Assembly: GCA_040384705.1 (NCBI GenBank)
Contig: JAZKIU010000001.1
Location: 542,053 to 606,052 of the forward strand
From: Patescibacteria group bacterium
GTDB taxonomy: Bacteria > Patescibacteriota > Minisyncoccia > Phycocordibacterales > Phycocordibacteraceae
DNA: 64,000 nucleotides
Direction of reading: 5' to 3'
How positions within the stretch are numbered: the stretch's first letter is position 1; each line of letters begins with the position of its first letter. The notes beneath the pieces were generated by a model. The model saw only the letters and a list, made by a program, of their open reading frames with translations, made no database searches and was not told the origin of the DNA. Positions 61,515-64,000 of the stretch are shown piece after piece. Position numbers and translations under genes: made by a program.

Positions 61515-63815
61515 TTAGCCGTTCACCACGCCAAGGGCGCGAGTGACTGCGAGCTTGACGCCCGTGACTCCGGTGGAGTACGTGCCATCGACCGCTGCAG
61601 AGAGCTGTCCGACGACCTTCTCGAGGAAGGATGGGTGGCAATCGTTCGTGAGCGCTGCGATCTCAGGGTGGACCGAGGTACCGTCAACCTTCGAGCGATA
61701 TGCGTCATCGAGGGCGCAGACGGCGTGCGTGAGGAACTCCTCGGCGCTGTCGCCGCGCTTCGTGACGTTACGGATGGAGCCGAATGCTGCATCCTTGTCG
61801 CCCGAGAGAAGCGCTTTGATGAATCCTGGGATATCGTCCGCGAGCATGAAGCTTTCGTTTGAAGGCTGTGCGATTGGCGCAGCTACAGGAGCTGCTACCG
61901 GAACCGATACCTCCTGGACCACATGCGACTGCGCTACCGGAGCGTGCGTCTCACGAGCGAGCCCGGTGACGATGTCGTCGATGGTGAGCGCGCCGTCCTG
62001 TGCGAACGAGCGGAAGCCATCGTATGACGAGTACTTGCTTGCGACCGCGGCAGGCCCGTACGACGGAAGCGTCGCTACGGAATGCGCTATGTGCGCTGCG
62101 GTATCATCATGCTCGTTGATCGACTCCTTAACGCTACCGCCGAATGCCTGCACCTTGCGGAGCACGAATGGCGTTGCGCTGAAGACGAGGAAGTACGCGA
62201 GTACTGCGCTCGTGCCGATAAGGAGGAACCAGTACATCATCGTCTCGAGCGGGCTCATCTCGACGCCCGTATACGGAAGGTCGTTGAGGTACACGAACGA
62301 GAATGGCTGGTCATCGATGGTTGGGAGCGCGTCGAGCGAAGCGCGAGGCTTCTTCTTGGTGCTTCCACCGCCACCGTTATCGTCCTCGACACGAAGGGTG
62401 TCGGAACAGGTGAGGGTCTCGCCGTTGGTGGCCTTGAAGGTTCCCGTGTAGGTGTAGCGGCCTTCGCGCGGGGATACTGAGCGCGAGCCGGATGCACCCA
62501 CCGAGCCGATACCCTCATTGATGGATACCGAGGTGATGTTGGTGCCGCCCCAACGGATGGTCGCGGAATCACCCTCATCTATCTCGCTTGGCGTGACCGA
62601 GAGGAAACAGGCTGGCGCCTCAGGCCCGTCCGAGACCGTTACGGTCGCGGAACACGTTACCGTCTGCCCGTTATTCCCTTCCGCAGTAAGCGTGTAGGTG
62701 GTCGTCTGGTTCGGTGAGACGGAGCGATTGCCTGTTGCGTTGACGCCGCCGATACCCTGATTGATGAAGACGGTGCCGGTCTTGACGCGGCTCGTGCTCC
62801 AGTTGAGGGTCGCGGATCCGCCACGCGTAATGGACGATGGCGAGATAGAGAGCTCGCAGACCGGAGGCTCGGGCTGGTTCGGTGGCACGACCGTGATGGT
62901 CGCGGTACACGTCACCTGGCCGCCGTTCCCTACCGCGGTGAGCGTATAGGTGGTGGTCACGCTCGGCGAAACGATACGGTTACCGTTGAGCTCTACGCCA
63001 TTGATACCCTGGTTGATGGTCACCGTGTGCGCCCGGTTCGTGGTCCACGAGAGGTTCGAGGAACCTCCCTGGTTTATCGAGGTCGGGTTCGCAGTCAACG
63101 TACAGACCGGAGCTACTTCCTGCGGGATGCTGGTGACCGTTACGGTCGCATGGCAGTTCACGGTCTTGCCGTTTCCGGTCGCCGTAAGGGTATACGTCGT
63201 GGTGACGGTCGGGAAAACCGAGAGGTCGGTATTCAGCGGAACGCTGCCGATGCCCTGGTTTAGGGATGCGGAATCTGCGTTACGCGTCGTCCAGGTGAGC
63301 TTCGAAGAGCCGCCAGGCGCTATGGAGGTCGGGGATGCGGAGAGCGTACAGACGGGGCTTGGAACCTCGACCGGCACGCAGTCGCCGTTCCCGTCCTTGG
63401 TCATGCCGCCCGGGACAGAATCCTGGTCGCCTGATAGGTTCGGACACTCATCCGGTGGCGGAGGAGGCAGAACTACGGGAGGAGGAAGGGGTGGTGGGGG
63501 CGGAGGAGGAGGCGGTGGGGGTGGTGGGGGCGGAGGAGGAGGCGGTGGGGGTGGTGGGGGCGGAGGAGGAGCTGGCGGCGCGCAGCATGGGGGACCAACT
63601 ACCTGAGCCTTGATGAGCTCGGGAGCGGTCATACCCATGAAGTGCGCGATGCCCATACCTATCACCAATACGGTAAGTACGGCAAATACACCGAGAAGTA
63701 TCGGTCGTTCTTTCGCGTAGGTCATCTGCTGATTGAAGTTCATATATTTCTGATTAGCACTTGATAAGTTCCTCGTTAATAAATCTTTCGCCCATGCCGC
63801 ATCCGCGGCGTACAA
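61515..63815 (-). CDS. Large cell-surface protein: N-terminal TM anchor, 29-residue poly-proline spacer, five tandem Cys-bounded Ig-like repeats (about 85 aa each), second TM helix, C-terminal domain of unknown function
   Basis: Repeats of form PVCTL(S/T)A(S/N)P(T/S)SI..GGSS.L.W.T..A.....NQGIG.V...G...VSP..TTTYTLTA.GN....C.ATVTV occur five times. The poly-Pro is encoded by a tandem GC repeat. Confidence 0.8.
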   Translation of the reverse strand: MYAADAAWAKDLLTRNLSSANQKYMNFNQQMTYAKERPILLGVFAVLTVLVIGMGIAHFMGMTAPELIKAQVVGPPCCAPPAPPPPPPPPPPPPPPPPPPPPPPPPPPPLPPPVVLPPPPPDECPNLSGDQDSVPGGMTKDGNGDCVPVEVPSPVCTLSASPTSIAPGGSSKLTWTTRNADSASLNQGIGSVPLNTDLSVFPTVTTTYTLTATGNGKTVNCHATVTVTSIPQEVAPVCTLTANPTSINQGGSSNLSWTTNRAHTVTINQGINGVELNGNRIVSPSVTTTYTLTAVGNGGQVTCTATITVVPPNQPEPPVCELSISPSSITRGGSATLNWSTSRVKTGTVFINQGIGGVNATGNRSVSPNQTTTYTLTAEGNNGQTVTCSATVTVSDGPEAPACFLSVTPSEIDEGDSATIRWGGTNITSVSINEGIGSVGASGSRSVSPREGRYTYTGTFKATNGETLTCSDTLRVEDDNGGGGSTKKKPRASLDALPTIDDQPFSFVYLNDLPYTGVEMSPLETMMYWFLLIGTSAVLAYFLVFSATPFVLRKVQAFGGSVKESINEHDDTAAHIAHSVATLPSYGPAAVASKYSSYDGFRSFAQDGALTIDDIVTGLARETHAPVAQSHVVQEVSVPVAAPVAAPIAQPSNESFMLADDIPGFIKALLSGDKDAAFGSIRNVTKRGDSAEEFLTHAVCALDDAYRSKVDGTSVHPEIAALTNDCHPSFLEKVVGQLSAAVDGTYSTGVTGVKLAVTRALGVVNG
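63481..63575. repeat. Tandem simple-sequence repeat, about 3 units of GGTGGTGGGGGCGGAGGAGGAGGCGGTGGG, encoding the poly-proline tract on the minus strand
   Basis: Direct tandem repetition visible in the sequence (..ggtggtgggggcggaggaggaggcggtggg x3). Confidence 0.8.
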
Positions 63816-64000
63816 AAAGAGTTGGGAGGTGAGTCGTAAGGACGACCCACCGCCGCAACCCGTTGCGATGCCCCTAGTTGGGGCAATCGCCGTTATCCGC
63901 CATCCATAGGCTGTCGGGCACCACGACGTGGTGCCTTCCCTGCCAATCCTGCGGTCGCATGTAGACGCCGCAGGTCTGGGAGCCGTCCGAAGCCTTCAGG

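Noticed and set aside
62950-63606. 218-aa + strand ORF ending in a poly-glycine run
   Set aside because: It is the antisense reading of the poly-proline repeat within the surface-protein gene

Overview
GC-rich bacterial chromosomal segment with compact, densely packed housekeeping genes. Identified: hisS, prmC, rpoD-dnaG, rpoC-rpoB, rpsP/KH-protein/trmD, rnr, gdh, smc, rnc, rnhB, rpmF, dnaE, thrS. Several housekeeping proteins are unusually short (rpoB about 1059 aa, dnaE about 1054 aa, SMC 745 aa, ThrRS without TGS domain). Several carry low-complexity tails (Lys/Ala-rich N-terminus on RpoD, Ala/Glu/Pro tail on S16, Lys-rich tail on L32). This suggests a reduced-genome (possibly Patescibacteria/CPR-like) lineage, but that is inference only. 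Accessory content worth attention, in order of coordinate: (1) 1.58-3.24 kb, an array of cassette-like modules delimited by four copies of a conserved ~28-nt element. Each module sits just after an intrinsic terminator and before a sigma70-like promoter. The modules contain a structured ncRNA candidate, a free-standing RNAP alpha-CTD-like protein and an orphan 201-aa protein. (2) 5.4-10.1 kb, a mannoside-phosphorylase operon: GtrA, cupin PMI-like, three GH130 domains in two proteins, eukaryotic-type PMM. (3) 11.6-14.0 kb, an FAD-linked oxidase followed by an alternative-oxidase-like diiron protein. (4) 24.9-29.7 kb, the strongest candidate for a novel system: a clearly AT-richer island inserted between a structured terminator-capped noncoding element and rpoD. 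It carries a KTSC-domain gene, a 905-aa protein with two tandem SPPY/SPPF (N4-cytosine-like) DNA methyltransferase modules, and a convergent, 4-bp-overlapping zinc-ribbon/HNH nuclease. This is a restriction-modification-like or related defence module of unusual architecture. (5) 52.4-54.1 kb, a NusB-NUDIX fusion + NUDIX + RNase III cluster. (6) 60.9-61.4 kb, three tandem tiny hydrophobic peptides. (7) 61.5-63.8 kb, a large surface protein with a 29-residue poly-proline tract encoded by a GC simple-sequence repeat and five Cys-bounded Ig-like repeats. No tRNA, rRNA or CRISPR array was recognised. All calls are from reading the sequence and ORF translations by eye; no searches were run.
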